Positions 11,243-24,845 of a stretch of 64,000 nt of DNA are shown piece by piece; the stretch's first letter is position 1, and the number at the start of each line of letters is the position of its first letter. The position numbers and the translations under genes are program-made. Source of the DNA: Hemiscyllium ocellatum (Eukaryota); contig NC_083417.1 of assembly GCF_020745735.1 (NCBI RefSeq), positions 72,106,001 through 72,170,000 of the forward strand, written 5' to 3'. The notes under the pieces are model-generated. The model was not told the DNA's origin. It ran no database searches and saw nothing but the letters and a program-made list of their open reading frames with translations.

Positions 11243-13679
11243 GTTGGGCAGGGAAGATCTCGAGCAGGAAGACGGCAACAGCCAGCGAAAATCGGTGGAA
11301 AAATTATAATCTTCTGGGACTCCCTGGTGCATTCAGGCATTCTAATCTGTGTGTGAGACAACCTCAATGAATTGGTTCTGTTTAAGGCGAATGGACGGAA
11401 GTAGGTGTTGCAAGATGAGGATGGCTCAGGTCTGATTGGTGACCAAGGGAATTTCAAATATTTTTCCATGACGTGGAAGGTTTCTAGTTGAGACAACCCT
11501 TGACTGAGTTCAGTGTTGTCCGACCTGTGGCAGTTACGGGAGCTCAGAGCATGGTGGGGATGTGGCCCAGCGACAGGACGAAATTTGACAGAGGGGGTGA
11601 TCAAATAGAAATGCATACCCTGATCTTTTAGTTGGAGCGGATGCCATGTCCTTGAATGACTTTGTTGAGGTAAAACAGAGAGAAAAGAGTGGTCAATGGT
11701 CAATTGTTCGGGAGTTTATCCCAGTGGAGACATATGGGTGCAGTAAAGCCGCCCAGTCGGGGGGAATTTGATACAATGACTAGATAAGGTGGATGAAAAT
11801 GAGTAGGGCCGATCGATTTCAACTGCATAGTGGAAGACAGGTGGAGATGGAGGTGTGGTCGTTTTCTCTGTTAAAATCCCAAAGAGGTGATGGGAGCCTA
11901 GATGGGAGGAATTCAATGATCAGCAGCACATTGTGAATTTCTTTATTTTGTTTCATTCAAAATTCAAGGTTTATTCTTGATTTATTCAAACTCGTTTCTG
12001 ATTAATGAAGTTTCAGGATAAAATTGTTGCAAACATGCTCTCAGTTTTGGAAAGTGACAAGAATACCGCATTTACAGATATTTCCAAGTAAGGAGGAGTC
12101 AATGGACAGGATTTGAGATAAGTTTTGAACGTTTGACAATGGAGTTGTGTTTGGGATGCAGAGGTCAATGAGGATGATATAATGTGAATCAAAATGGTTA
12201 TAGGAATGACAGTTAAATAATGAGTTACTTGTCATTATTAGGGTTGAAAGAGCAGGAAAAAAAATGGGTGGAATGATTTTGGAAAGACCATGTGAGGTGG
12301 GAGAGGTAAAGGCAGGAAAGAATCCAGTGACAAATCCAAATTGGAGAAACATTGAGGACGCTGCAGTATGTTTTAATTTCTGTCTCAGAGGACACAAGTG
12401 TACAAGATTTTGTGTATTTTTGACAACAATGATTAAAAGGTCATCACTATACCAGCCTTTCTTCTCCAATTCTTTTTTCAGATTAAACTTCAATTTCACC
12501 ATCTGACGTGTAGGTGAACCCACGTCGGACCAATAGTAAAGCAACATGCGTGATTGCAAACCCTATGATAAACCATTATGGCACTTGCACCAGATCTTAC
12601 AAGCAAAACGTTAAATTAACTGCAGCAGATTTATTCAAACTCATAACTGATACTGTTCATCTCCTTCTGTTCGACACCTGTTTAATTTAACCAAGCTATG
12701 TCAACGGTAAAAGCCACGTGAAAGCCACTTTACTAATGAATGCAAAAAAAGTTAGAATGGAATGACCGGCATGATGTTCTTGTAACACGGTGATTGTTGT
12801 TAAAGAAAAAGCAACATTACTTTACAGGAGCTAGGGATTTACGTTCAAACTCCAGTACAGCCCCAAATTCTTTCCTTTTTTAAAATCATGTTCACAAATC
12901 TGCGACTTGACTACACCTTGGTATGTTCACTATCGCCACAGAGGCGCTTTCAGTATTAATAATTAAGGGCACTCTTCCATTAATATTTACCCTAACTTTC
13001 TTGAAATCTTTTAACACGGTAGCATTGGTTACCAGTGCTGTTTGATTGTTCTGTCTCAGCAATGTTATATACTCCAACTCAAGTTGCCTCAGTTATTTAT
13101 TAAATCATTCTTGATCTGTTGTAGCTTAAAGAATGGCGAACAATACTGCCCATGAAGAACGATTGATACTCATTCTGGAACCTCTTGTGATGGGATTACA
13201 TCATCAGATGTAGTCATGTTAGGAATGTATGGCTCTGGGTGACCCATGCCTGAATGTAAGGTGATGAGATCCGATGCTGCACATTCAGGGTAATGACGTT
13301 GATTTTTTTTTCCTGTACGTTGAGATGGTGGCCTACGCGGATGAATGCACAGTACAACACTCAAAATGATGAATTTAATGTGGTGGGAATCCATTACCAA
13401 AATTTTATGTCCAGTTGTGTTATATCGAAATAGTCCCCCTTTTTTGATGCCACAATTCTGTGACTAGCATGCAGGGCGATGACGTCCATTTCAGGATGAG
13501 CACAGTCTGGAGGCGACCAGGGCAGAAATATAGAGTGATGAGTCTATTCTTTGCCATGAGCAGTGATGCCGGATCCATATCAGCACTCGAGGATGCTGGA
13601 ATAAATTTCATGAAGGCAAGGCGATATGATGCTCTCTGCAACTGACTCCCGTGACATGTGCTACATGAATGATTTTATT

Positions 13680-15560
13680 TGTCCATTTCACATGGAGTTC
13701 AACAATTACCTTCATCAAACCATGCAGGGGAGACTCAGCGATAGTAATGCATTGAACGTCAAAGGCCAGTTGTTAGATTCTGTCTTATTGGAGATGGTCA
13801 TTTTCCAGTAGTTGTGTGGCGGATTTGTTACTTGCCAGTTTCAGTCCAAGACTGGATGCCATCAATATTTTGTTACATTTGGACGTAAACTGATTCAGTA
13901 TCTGAGAAGTGGTCGGTGGAGCTGAACTTTGCACAAACATCAGCAGTTATTCTGACATTCATTAGGATGAGGGAAAGCCGAGATGACTGACTCCTGATCA
14001 GCTTCACGATCTTTCATTGTGCGAGCTGAGACTTCAATGAGCAGGGAGCTTTCACCTCACTTCCCTTTAGGGTTATTTTGCTTGGACTCCTTGCAATGGC
14101 TCATTGCTGACCTTCTCCCAAGAGCAGTTAATTTCACCTCCTCTGCGGAGTTTAGTTCTTTCTGTGTTTGAAAGGACGGTTGTAATGAGGGCAGGATGTG
14201 TGTGGCCATGGAGGAAACTAAAGTGGGCATCACTAAGCAGGTTATCACTGAGCAAGTGCTACTTCATAGCACTGTTGATGATATCTTCCGACACCTTATT
14301 GATGAAGGACTGGTGACTGATGGAATGGTATTTCAAATGAGTGGGGTTATAATACCTTTTGCGCACATGGGCATACTGCAGATGCTTTCCCACATAGATA
14401 CCAGTGTTGCAGTCATCTTGAATCAGTTTGGCTCGGGTTGTGACAAGTTCTAGAACACAATACTATTGCCAGAAATGTGTCAGGTCCCACAGTCTTTGTA
14501 GTACCTAGTCGCTTGAAACGTTTCTTGACATCACGTCGAGTGATATTTGTGATTGGCCTTTATGATGCTGGGAAGTACTTGAGGAGACCAAGATGGTTCA
14601 TCCACTTGCTCATTTTGATGAAGATTGTCATATATTTCTAAGCCTTTTCTTTTTCATTGATTTGCTGTGCTTCCTATTCGATGGGTTTGGGGTGTTTGTG
14701 GAGCTTCCCTCTCCAATTACTTGTTTGATGTCAATCATTATTTATAACTGGATGTGATAGGATTGCAGAGCTTTGATCTGATGTGGAGTCCTCTCTTCGA
14801 ATTGATGTTTATGTTGCCTGTCAAGCAATTTGCCCTGTTTTGTAGCTTTGTCATGTCTTTATCCCATATTTAATTATTCCTGGTGCTGCTCTTGGCATTC
14901 ATTCCTGCACATTCTTGGAAACTGCATTTGCTTCCCTGGCTTGATCGTGTTGATAGAGTGGTGAGTATGCTTTGCCATGCTTTGTCGATGGCCCACAACA
15001 CCTCATGGATACCGTGTTTTCAGTTAATATACCTGTTCCAAATCTACCTCATTTAGCACGATTGTGGTGCCACACAACACGACAGTGTGGATGCTCACTC
15101 AAAGATGTGACTTCATACTCTCAAGAACAGTCAGTGGTCTCTCGTATGGATACAGTTATGGTCAAATGTATCTGCGACCGCCCAGTTGTTGAAGCTGAGG
15201 ACAGTTTTGTCCCCTCTTTTTGGCCCACTTCCTTCCCAAATGCCAATAAACCACTTAACCACCTTTTGTACTTGGCCAATCTGGATAGTAAATGGTCTAC
15301 CGAACCCTCATGATAATAGACATTGAAATTGCTCGCTCAAGGTACACCCAGCACTCTTGACCCAGTCACTTCTTTCTCCAAGTGCTCGTCAACAGAGATT
15401 CTTCTTGACTAATCTTTACCGGCTTGCATGACGTCACTGTTATCGCAGCATCTAGTCTGACATTAAATTTTCACCTGGTTCAGTATCAGTGATATTAAAT
15501 TGTCAATCTTGTTTAGTCTCATTGCTTCTGATCAATCATGAGGCATCATCAACAACATTG
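13680..15560 (-). mobile_element. Degenerate LINE of a second, non-CR1 family (RT region)
   Basis: LLSDAHFSF..GH / KELNSAEEVKLTAL resemble the QFGFR..HS / ALDIKAAFD RT motifs; related fragments at about 34190-34520 and 47090-47830. Confidence 0.6.
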
Positions 15561-16764
15561 GGACTTTTGTAACATTTGTTTATGATATTTCAGCTTCGTC
15601 TACTCATGTGGCTGATCAAATTCTTGCGTCTGCTTGATAATGCTGAATAATGAAGGGTAGTTAGCGCACTGTAATAAGTGTTTTCCTGTCTACGAGGGCA
15701 CCCTCATGTATTGATCCCTTACTGTGTTCAATTGAGCTGCTACGAGATGCCCGGAGAAACCTTGTCCTTTTGTCGGCTCCACACTAACATCCCAGAACAG
15801 AACAAAGACTATCAAGATCTAAAGATGGAAATGCTCGAGAAACACAAGAGGCTTGCCATCTCTGTTGGAGAGAGAAACAGAGTTAATGTTTCCTGTCCGG
15901 CATGAGTCTTTTTTGGGAAATCCAGTCCACAGACATCTTCTGAATTTATCCAGCAATTTCTAATTTTATTTTAAATTGTCACCATACTCAGATTCCTGAG
16001 TTTATTCCCCCACCCTCAACACCAAATGATATACTATTGATCTTTGTTTTCAACTTTCTTCAATTGTCAGTAATTACCATTCAGTACTGCTCCTTTGGCA
16101 GAATGGTAATCAGTTAATAATCGTATTCTATTGGATGGAGCTCGAAATTGCCCATTGGTGGCATTGGAAGCCAAAAGTGAACAAAAATAAAGTCACCAAG
16201 AGAGGAAGGTGGCAGCAAATAAACAATCTAATCAAAATTAGTGAAGGTGAAAGCCTGACTGTGGTTGGATTGAGCACGTTCACACTGAAATAATTTCTGG
16301 AACAGCAAACTGAGTCACTGAGGTCTTCACTATGGAAACAAAAGTCAACACAACCCCCCCCCCCCCTTGTATCCGTTGAGGTCGAACGAGTTAGTTGCAG
16401 CAACATGAAAACTTTATTTTCGAACCTTAATGTTTGATTGGCTTTCAATGTGTCAAACAAAACCCCGCTCTTCATGAAAATGATTCATCGTTGCTCGACT
16501 TATGAGGGGGATGAATGGGAAGTGGAAGCGTATGTTGTTCAGGAAAGAGTTGAGAAAACAAGGAACCACGAACCAGGTAGCTTGGTGGTCATGTTAGGAA
16601 ATTGCTAAACTGGTTTTTGAGACTGCTTCACTAGACGTTTGGAAAGCTACAGGATAATGAGGCAGGTTAAACGAAGACCTATATGTGAAAAACCATATTG
16701 ATAAAGCCACTGCCTTTCTTGCCAATGCCACTATTAGGAAAGAAGAGAGGGATACAGGATCATA

Positions 16765-17290
16765 GAGTCATAGATATGTAAAGCACGGAAACAGACCTTT
16801 CGATCCAACTTGTCTGTGTCGACCAATTATCATAATCTAAGCCTGTCCTATTTGCTCACCATCTGAACCCTTCCTATTCATCTACCCATCCAGATGCCTT
16901 TTAAATGGTCCAAGAGTACCAGCCTCCCCCACTTGATCTGGCAGCTCATTCCATACATGTACCACCCTCTGCATGAAAATTTTGCCCTGTAAGTCTCTTC
17001 TATATCTTTCCCCTCTCACCATAAACCTTTGCCCTCAATTTCTGGACTATGCCACAACAGGGAAATGCTTTGTCTATTTATCCTATCTATGTCTATCATG
17101 ATTATATAAATCTCTATAAGGCCACCCCCTTCACCACTGACGCTCGAGGAAGAACAGCCCCAGTCTATTCAACCTTTCTGTATCGCTCAAATCCCTTCAT
17201 TCCTGGCAACATCATTGCAATTCTTTTCTGAATCCTTTCAAGTTTCACAATATTTGCCCGATATTGCAGAATTGCATGCAATATTCCTAT
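16765..17290 (-). mobile_element. CR1 LINE 3' fragment
   Basis: Begins with catagagtcataga, the reverse of the tctatgac tail. Confidence 0.8.
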
Positions 17291-17309
17291 ATTCCAATAG
17301 GAGCGATCG

Positions 17310-20045
17310 AGAGATTTCTTAGAAGAGTTTCAAGGCATTAGGTGCATACTTAAGAGGTAGTGCAAAAAGGGGACATGAGATAGCTTTGGCAAATAGGATG
17401 AAGGAGAATCCAAAGGTTTTTATTAAGGACAAAAGGGTAACTGGGGAGAGAATAGGGCCTCTCAAAGATCAGCAAGGCAGCCTATGTGTGGAACCGCAGG
17501 AGATGAGGAGATACTAAACAAATGTATTGCATCAGTGTTTATTGTGGAAGATATAGAATGCGGACAAATAGATGGTGGCATCTTTAAAAAAATGTCCATA
17601 TTGTAGAGGAGCAGGTGTTGGATGTCTGGAAATGAATAAAAGTCGAAAAATCCCCAGGATCTGATCAGGTATACATAGAGGTCTGTGGGAAGCTGGGGAA
17701 GTGATTGTTAGATAAAGTACTAAGATATTTGGATCATCAATAGTCACTGGTGAGGTGCCAGAAAACGGGAGGAAAGCTAACTATTTAAGAAAGGTGGTAA
17801 CGAAAAGCCAGGAAACTAGACAGCAGTCAGCCTGCCATCAGTGGTGGCATGTTATTGGAGGAAATCCTGAGGGACAGGAATTACATATATTTGGAAAGGC
17901 AAAGACTGGTAGTGGATGCGTTAGTAATTCTCCAAGCATTGTAAAAAAATAAATCTTGAATCAGTGTAACTAAATCGCAGAGATTATTAAGCTTGTTGAG
18001 CTGCATGGCTTCTGATCAACCACAAGGCACTGTCTACAAAAAATAGCCAGAATGTTTTTTTTTACATCTCTGGCTGATATGTTTGCATCTTCTGTAGTCA
18101 CAGGTGACGTCTGAAAGACTAGAGGGTTGTGAATGTTATGCCCTTATTCAAAAAGGGCCGCAAAGTAAAACCTGGGAACTATAGACCAGTAAGCCTAACA
18201 TCTGTGATGGGTACGTTTCTTTAAACGATTCTGAGGGATAGGATATGCATGCATTTGTAGGTCATGTTGCGGTTGTACTGGACATGGGTTAGGTCACTTT
18301 TGTAATATTGCATGCAGTTCTGGTCTTCTTCCTATCAGAAAGATGTTGTGAAACCTGGAAAGATTCAGAAAAGATTTGCAAGGATGTTGCCAGACTTGGA
18401 GAATTTGAGCTATAGGGAGAAGCTGAATAGGCTGGAGCTGTTTTCCCTGGAGCATTGGAGGCTGAGGGGTGACCTTATCAAGGTTTAGAAAATCACGAAA
18501 GGCATGGATAGGATAAATAGACAAAATCTCTTCGCTGGGCTGGGGCTTCGAGGACTAGGGGACATATGTTTAGGGTGAGGGGGAAAGATATAAAAAAGAC
18601 CTAAGGGGCAACTTTTTTGCACAGAAGGTGGTACATGCATGGAATGAGCTGCCAGTGGAAGTGGTGGAAGCTAGTACAATTGCAACATTTAAAAGGCATC
18701 TGGATGGGTATATGAATAGGAAGTGTTTGGAGGGATTGGGGTGGGGTGCTGGCAGATGGGACTAGACTGGGTTGAGATATCTGGTCGGCATGGACTAGTT
18801 GGACCAAAGGGCCTGTTTCCATGCTGTACATCACAACGACTCTATGACAGGGTTTGATTAGGGATCATTGACATAAATTTGCGCATGGGAGACCTTGCCT
18901 TGCAAGTATAGAGCTTTTTTGATGAAGTGATTAGCAAGTAACGCGGGCAGGGTGGATGACATAGTCTATATGCATTTCCATAAGGCCTTTGATGAGGTTT
19001 CAAGTGGTAAGCTGCTCTAGAAGATCACATGACATGGAAGCCAGGGGTAGCTGTCAAATTGGATACACAATTAGCTTGATGGTAGGAAGCTGAGTGTAGA
19101 AGTGGAAGGATGCTTGTCGGACTGGAGGCCTGTGACTAGTGGAGTCCCTCAGGGTTTGGTGCTGAGTCCATTACCATTTGTTATGGATATCAACGATTTG
19201 GACAAGAATGTACAAGATATCATTAGTAAGTTTGTGGATGACACTAACATAGGCAGTATCGTGCACAGTGAGGAAGGCTATCAGAAATTACAGCAGGACC
19301 TTAATCAGTTGGGAAATTGGCCAAGAAATGGCAAATGGGATTTAATATAGATAAGTGTGAGGTCTTGCATTTTGGGAAGTCAAATCAAGGTAGGAGTTTC
19401 ATGTTGAATGATAAGACCTTAAGGATTGTACTGGAACAGTGCAGCCTTGGAGATCAGGGGCATGGTTCTCTGCAAGTAGACAGGAAGACAGGGCAGTGAA
19501 AAAGGCTTTGGGCACACTGGCCTTCATTAGTCAGTGCTTTGAGTCTAAAAGTTGGGAATTATGTTCCAGTTGTACTTGGCATATCGTGTTCAGTTTTGGT
19601 CACGTTGTTATAGGAAGGATGTTTCTTAAACTAGAAAGGGTGCAGAAGAAATTTGCAAGGAAGTTTCCAAGACTCAACTGTCTGAATTGTAGGGAGAGGT
19701 TGGCCAAGCTAGGACTTTTTACTTTATAACAAAGGAGACTGAGGGTTTTTTTTAAGTGTACAAGATCTAAAGAGACATGGGTAGGGTGAATGAGCTCAAC
19801 CTTTTTCCCAGGGTTGGCGAATCCCAGACTCGTGGGCATCACTTAATGCTTAGAGGGGAAAGAATAAAAGTGAACCTGAGGGGCAATGTTTTTACACTGA
19901 GTATGGTACTCATATGGAATGAGCTGACAGCAGAAGTGTTTGAGGCAGGTACATTAATAACATTTAAGAAGCATTTGGACAAATACATGGTTAGGACAGT
20001 CTTAGAAGGATCTGGGCCAAGTGCATGGAAATAGCTGTGCAGTAA
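17310..20045 (+). mobile_element. Several tandem CR1 fragments
   Basis: WRPVTSGVPQG, KFVDDT and DKCEVLHFG peptides; two 3' tails near 18850 and 20030. Confidence 0.85.
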
Positions 20046-22370
20046 GGAGCATTCCCGTAGCCTTTTTATGAAATCAAGAAGTCATGGTTGGAACAAAAAA
20101 AAATGAAATTTGTCTTTACTTTGTATGCATTAGTACTTATTTTATAATTCATTTGACTACAATGATGCGGGATTAATTGTGGCAATATTTTATTCTATTT
20201 CCATAAATACACACAATAATAAATTATTATATGGTAGATCATTTGATTAATGAGATTTGAGTTTATTTATCAGCATGAATTGAATATTGCTCAACAGATG
20301 GAAATCAGAAAATGGAAGTATTTTCATTCGTCATTGGGATTTACCAATGCATCACCACAGGGGTTTGTGCTAGAGACACAGCTATTTACACCATAAGCTC
20401 TATCAGTGATTGATATGAAGTGACCTCTAATAATAAATCCATATTTTCAATCAGTGGAGAGGTTGAATTATTGGGGAAGAACGGTGTCGGTGGGGTACAT
20501 TTTGTGAAATGTGAAGCTACACCCTTTTGAAATTATTAAGAATGAATAATAAAGCTTTCTTAAGTTGTTATGTAATGGGAATATAGCGTTTTCCTGTAAC
20601 CTGGGAGGCCTGTAGACAAACTACAATAAATAAAAATTCCAACATAGTAAGTAAACAGAGAATCGGATTGCATTAAATTTTATTGGACAGAAATAATTGG
20701 AAATAATTGAAGATTTTATACATTTGTGCACTGCCCCAGTAAGACAACACTCAGTGTATTGTGTTCAATTTTGATTTTTTTACTAACGAAATTCCTGGTT
20801 TCAAGACCATTCACTGCATGCTCTTTAGATTCACTCGTGATATCAGAATACTATTCTATTGCGCAAGATTTGATTCATAAATCTATATTCCCCGGAAATT
20901 AGTATAATCCAAGGCGAAATTATTGAAGTGTAAACAAGAATGTCTTCATCAGCTTAATTCATGTTGCAAATTTGTGCTTTTGGGTAAGAATGGAAATTGA
21001 CCTCTAAAAGAGCTGCTCATTTTGGACCCAGAGCTGTTCCTTCTCCCCACAGTGTTGTAAGGTCCATAGAAGCTTCCACCTCAGAGGCATATGATTTTCT
21101 CAGCATAGAAGACACTTCTAAATGGCATGGTGGACCGTCCTGCAACATTATTTGATTGTTTCAAAAGCATCTGACACATCTAATTATTGTGAAAATACCC
21201 CACAAATTGAACTATTCAAGACAGATAAGGACACATGTTTGGGTATCCTATGTGAATCATGGAATGTGCAGAAAATGTAGAAAGATGGAATGGAGGTGAT
21301 TATCATCAAACATCCGAACAAATAGGGTAGTCTCATTCTTATCCCTTTTGATATATTGTATTAAATGTAAACAAAACATTAACGGACTGGGCACGCAGTA
21401 GATATTTGCATATATGGAAAACAGTGAAGTTAGAGCTCATAAACAAAAGAGAGAGTCTAATAAAAATAATAAATACGTTCAGGCGAAAGCACAACACCTA
21501 GAGAACGTTTAAGATGTGCAATTCGTCCTCACAAGGAACGGATAGACGTGAGGATGGATTTAAGGTAAATCCAGACCAGTTCACGAGTTATCCCTTAATA
21601 GAACACTATTGCATTGCAGTTTGTGAAGTAAAGTGAGTTGGGAGGATGATGGTGTGGAGCATACAAAATGGCTTAGTCCTGTTGAGCTCCCGTGCTGTAA
21701 AGATTAAGACCGTCCGCTAAGCGATGCTATGCGACATGACTGACCAAGTAAACCGTCTGATCAAATAAAATCTAACTGGACAACGGTCTTCAATATTCTT
21801 CATTCCCATTTAAAATGTATGCCAGTAATGCGTTTGTTTCATTTGCCAGGGGCTAGCAACGATTACATAACCTGCACCTTCCACCAACTCCATCAATCAC
21901 AATACAATTCACAAAGAACCCATCACCTGCACAGATATTAACAGAAGGTTATCGCAATGTGATTTGTGACGCAGGGTGGGAGGATGTTTGTGTAGAACAT
22001 AAACTGTGACTTAAGTCTGTCCAGTTCCAGTGCTGTAAACAACAAGACAAACCGCTAAATAATGTGAATAGTGAATAACAAGTAAATAACACGTGACTGG
22101 ACAGCGGTCTTCACTGCTTTTCGTTCCCATTTAAAAACCATGACAGAAATACATTGATATTCTTGCTTTTGCAGGATTTGTGAGATTTGCACAAAATAAA
22201 GCAAACGTTTATTTGTCAGGATCTAGCTTTCCTTACAACTCCCACTCCTTCTTCCACTTCCATTCAACGACAGTGCCGTCCATGAGCAACCGACCGCACA
22301 AAGTTACCCTTAGTATTCAACTAAAACAATTTCCCTGTGTAACTGTAATATCATTGAACATTATTGGAGT

Positions 22371-22520
22371 TCATGGAATCCAGGGGTTTCCGCTTCCCTT
22401 GCTCATCTTGACTTCTGCATACTCCGCCTGTTCATTCCTTTGTTTTCGTCTTGCCATTTTCTCGAAAGTGGTGAGATTCAAAGACGCATACATCAGTTCA
22501 CCAACTGTCCGGTGCTTAGT
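22371..22520 (-). pseudogene. Gene 2 terminal cytoplasmic exon (LMYASL, AEYAEV), open frame
   Basis: TKHRTVGELMYASLNL...AEYAEVKMSKGSGNPWIP*; paralog of 3393-3539 with intact acceptor. Confidence 0.8.
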
Positions 22521-22662
22521 CTGCGTGGTAAACAGTGAAATATGAGGAAGTCTTCTTACTCTGTTTAGGAAAACCATTCAGATTGTCAGTGTACATTACT
22601 GAGATCGTATTTGTGTTAGAGCGATTTGGGTTGGAACCAACTGTTAATGTTCAATACAATAC

Positions 22663-22773
22663 CTACGCATAGACAACTCTCTCTTCCTCCGTTAGCGGTC
22701 TCCTGATTTTTCTTGCCTCGCTGAAGTTGAGAACAGCATAAATCGGATTCACTGCCTCTCTGTCACGTTTGAT
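22663..22773 (-). pseudogene. Gene 2 cytoplasmic exon with premature TAG at its last codon
   Basis: IKRDREAVNPIYAVLNF...RVVYA*; the CAG of gene 1 is TAG here; both splice sites intact. Confidence 0.8.
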
Positions 22774-23494
22774 CTGGGGAGAAGTTTGCAGAACCTTTCG
22801 CCACATGTGAATTTTGAAAAAGAAAGTACTATAAACACAATAGTATTACATGTTGGGGGTGATCAGTTTCTGCATATCAGGGCTGTGTGATCACCGGTGC
22901 CAAGCACAGCAGCTCTTATTCTGATCCGTTCACAGAAACATTCATTTACAATCCAAGTTTACCAAAATTATCCTGGGCCAATGGACCTCGAACAGGCGCA
23001 TGCGCTAGTTAAGGCAAGTTCTGCGTTTCTTTGTTTCAGATGACGCACTTTCTACTGACAGTGTGGCATGAGGAGTGTTGTGCCAGCCAACACTCAGAGA
23101 TTCGCTCGGAGATTTGAGGATAAGAATATTACAGAAGCACAGAATAGAGATGCGCCTGTGCTTGTGGTTCAAGAGCAGCCCATCTAACATTGACAACACA
23201 CAAACACCCAAAATTGCGCCCCAGAGGGCGGCACAGTGGCTCAGTGGTTATCTCTGCTGCCAATGAGGAAAAGATAGGAGGGAAACCATTGACAAACCCA
23301 GATTGCAGATTGGGATTGAAAAGACAAAAAACAGGATTGCAGAATTACTTTCTCAGAGTATAACAGTGAAAACATTTTTTTTAATTTTACCTAAGACAAT
23401 CAACAGTGATTAGAATATTGTCACTACAGCAGCACTTGTATTTCAAATGCATATTTAACTTCAGTTTCACAATCAGTCCTGATGTAAATTGAAC

Positions 23495-23589
23495 CTGTTT
23501 CATGCCAACACAAATGCAGCAACATAGTTACTAGCACCATGACATACTATGATGACACTTCTGCCCAGCGATAACGCTCAGTGCAAAGG
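23495..23589 (-). pseudogene. Possible frameshifted TM exon of gene 2
   Basis: gtattcctttag acceptor; hydrophobic pieces AFALSVIAG, SVIIV and VMVLVTMLLHLC in shifting frames; ACAG|gt donor; 95 nt; lies at the distance from the tail exons expected from gene 1. Confidence 0.35.
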
Positions 23590-23924
23590 CTAAAGGAATA
23601 CAAGCAAAACATTGAATTTAAATTCACCAGCTTTATCAAAACTAACAACTGATACTGCTCGTTACCTTCTGCTAATACATCTGTCTGCTTATCCTAAACT
23701 ATGCGAACATTAAACTTCCCGTGAAAACCACTGGTCTGATCTATGTACAATAGCTGGGATGATGATCTTGTCGCACTGTTGGTTGTTGCAGAGAAAGCAT
23801 CACTTCACAGTATCTAGTGACCTACATACAACTTCCACCGCAGCCTGAAATTATTCCCTGTTTTGTTAATCATGTTCACAATGTTTGCACACGACTTGAC
23901 TGCCTTTCGGAATGTTCTCTATCA

Positions 23925-24230
23925 TTGCCCTGGTGGCTGCACAGCAGCTCAGTGGTTAGCACTGCTGCCTTACAGCGCCAGGGACCCCGGTTCGATTGCA
24001 GCCTCAGGCGATAGTCTGTGTGAAGTTTGTACGTTCTCCCTGTATCTGTGTGGGTTTCCTCCCCACGTCCAAAGATTGGGTGAATTAGCCATGATAAATT
24101 GCCCGTTATTTACAGGGATGTGTAGGCTGGGTACATGCATCAGGGGAAATGCCGAGTAAGGTAATGGTATACACTTTAAAGGAGAGCTGTGGCTTGTTAG
24201 GCCAAATGGCCTGTTTCCACACTATAGGGA
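23925..24230 (+). mobile_element. HE1-type SINE
   Basis: cagtggttagcactgctgcc...gggaccccggttcgatt head and tail. Confidence 0.8.
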
Positions 24231-24389
24231 TTCCGTGAGAAAGAGAACTGCAAGCTTATTTGGACCCAGATATTATTCCCCCAATAGATCACTGTCTAGA
24301 GCTCACTGAGAATACCATGAGCTCAACATGTCTACACTGTATTCAGAGATAAGGAGCACGTCTGAAGTTACTGTAAATTACCTGTGTGC

Positions 24390-24845
24390 CCACAAAATAC
24401 CGCTCAAAGTTTAGTTCTTATTATAAGAATTGGAAACAGTCCTGTTCCTCGGATTGTCCGCTCATGTCCTCAGTTAACATATCAAGATTATGGCTGTACA
24501 GGAGATTGGTGACACCATTCTGGAATACTGTGCACAATTCTGGTCGCCCTGTTGTAGGACGACTGTTGGACAGCTTGAAAGTGTTCAGAAAAGATTGGTA
24601 ATGATGCTTCTGGGACAGAGGGTTTGAGATATAGGGAGAGCTAAATAAGCCAAGGCTTTTTAACCTGGAGCGTAGAAGTCTGAGGGGTGACATTGTCGAG
24701 GCTTACAAAGTCATGAGATGCATGGGTAGGGTGAATAGCGAAGGCCTTTTTTTCTCGGATGGGGGAGGCCAAAACTGCAGCACATAGGTTTAAGGTGAGC
24801 AGGAAAAATTTGAAAGTGACCAGAGGGATAACTTTTGGTTTGGAA
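24390..24845 (+). mobile_element. CR1 3' fragment
   Basis: gaatactgtgcacaattctggtcgcc motif. Confidence 0.7.

Noticed and set aside
12041-12559. 172-aa minus-strand ORF
   Set aside because: Low-complexity, no recognisable domain; likely decayed repeat or chance.
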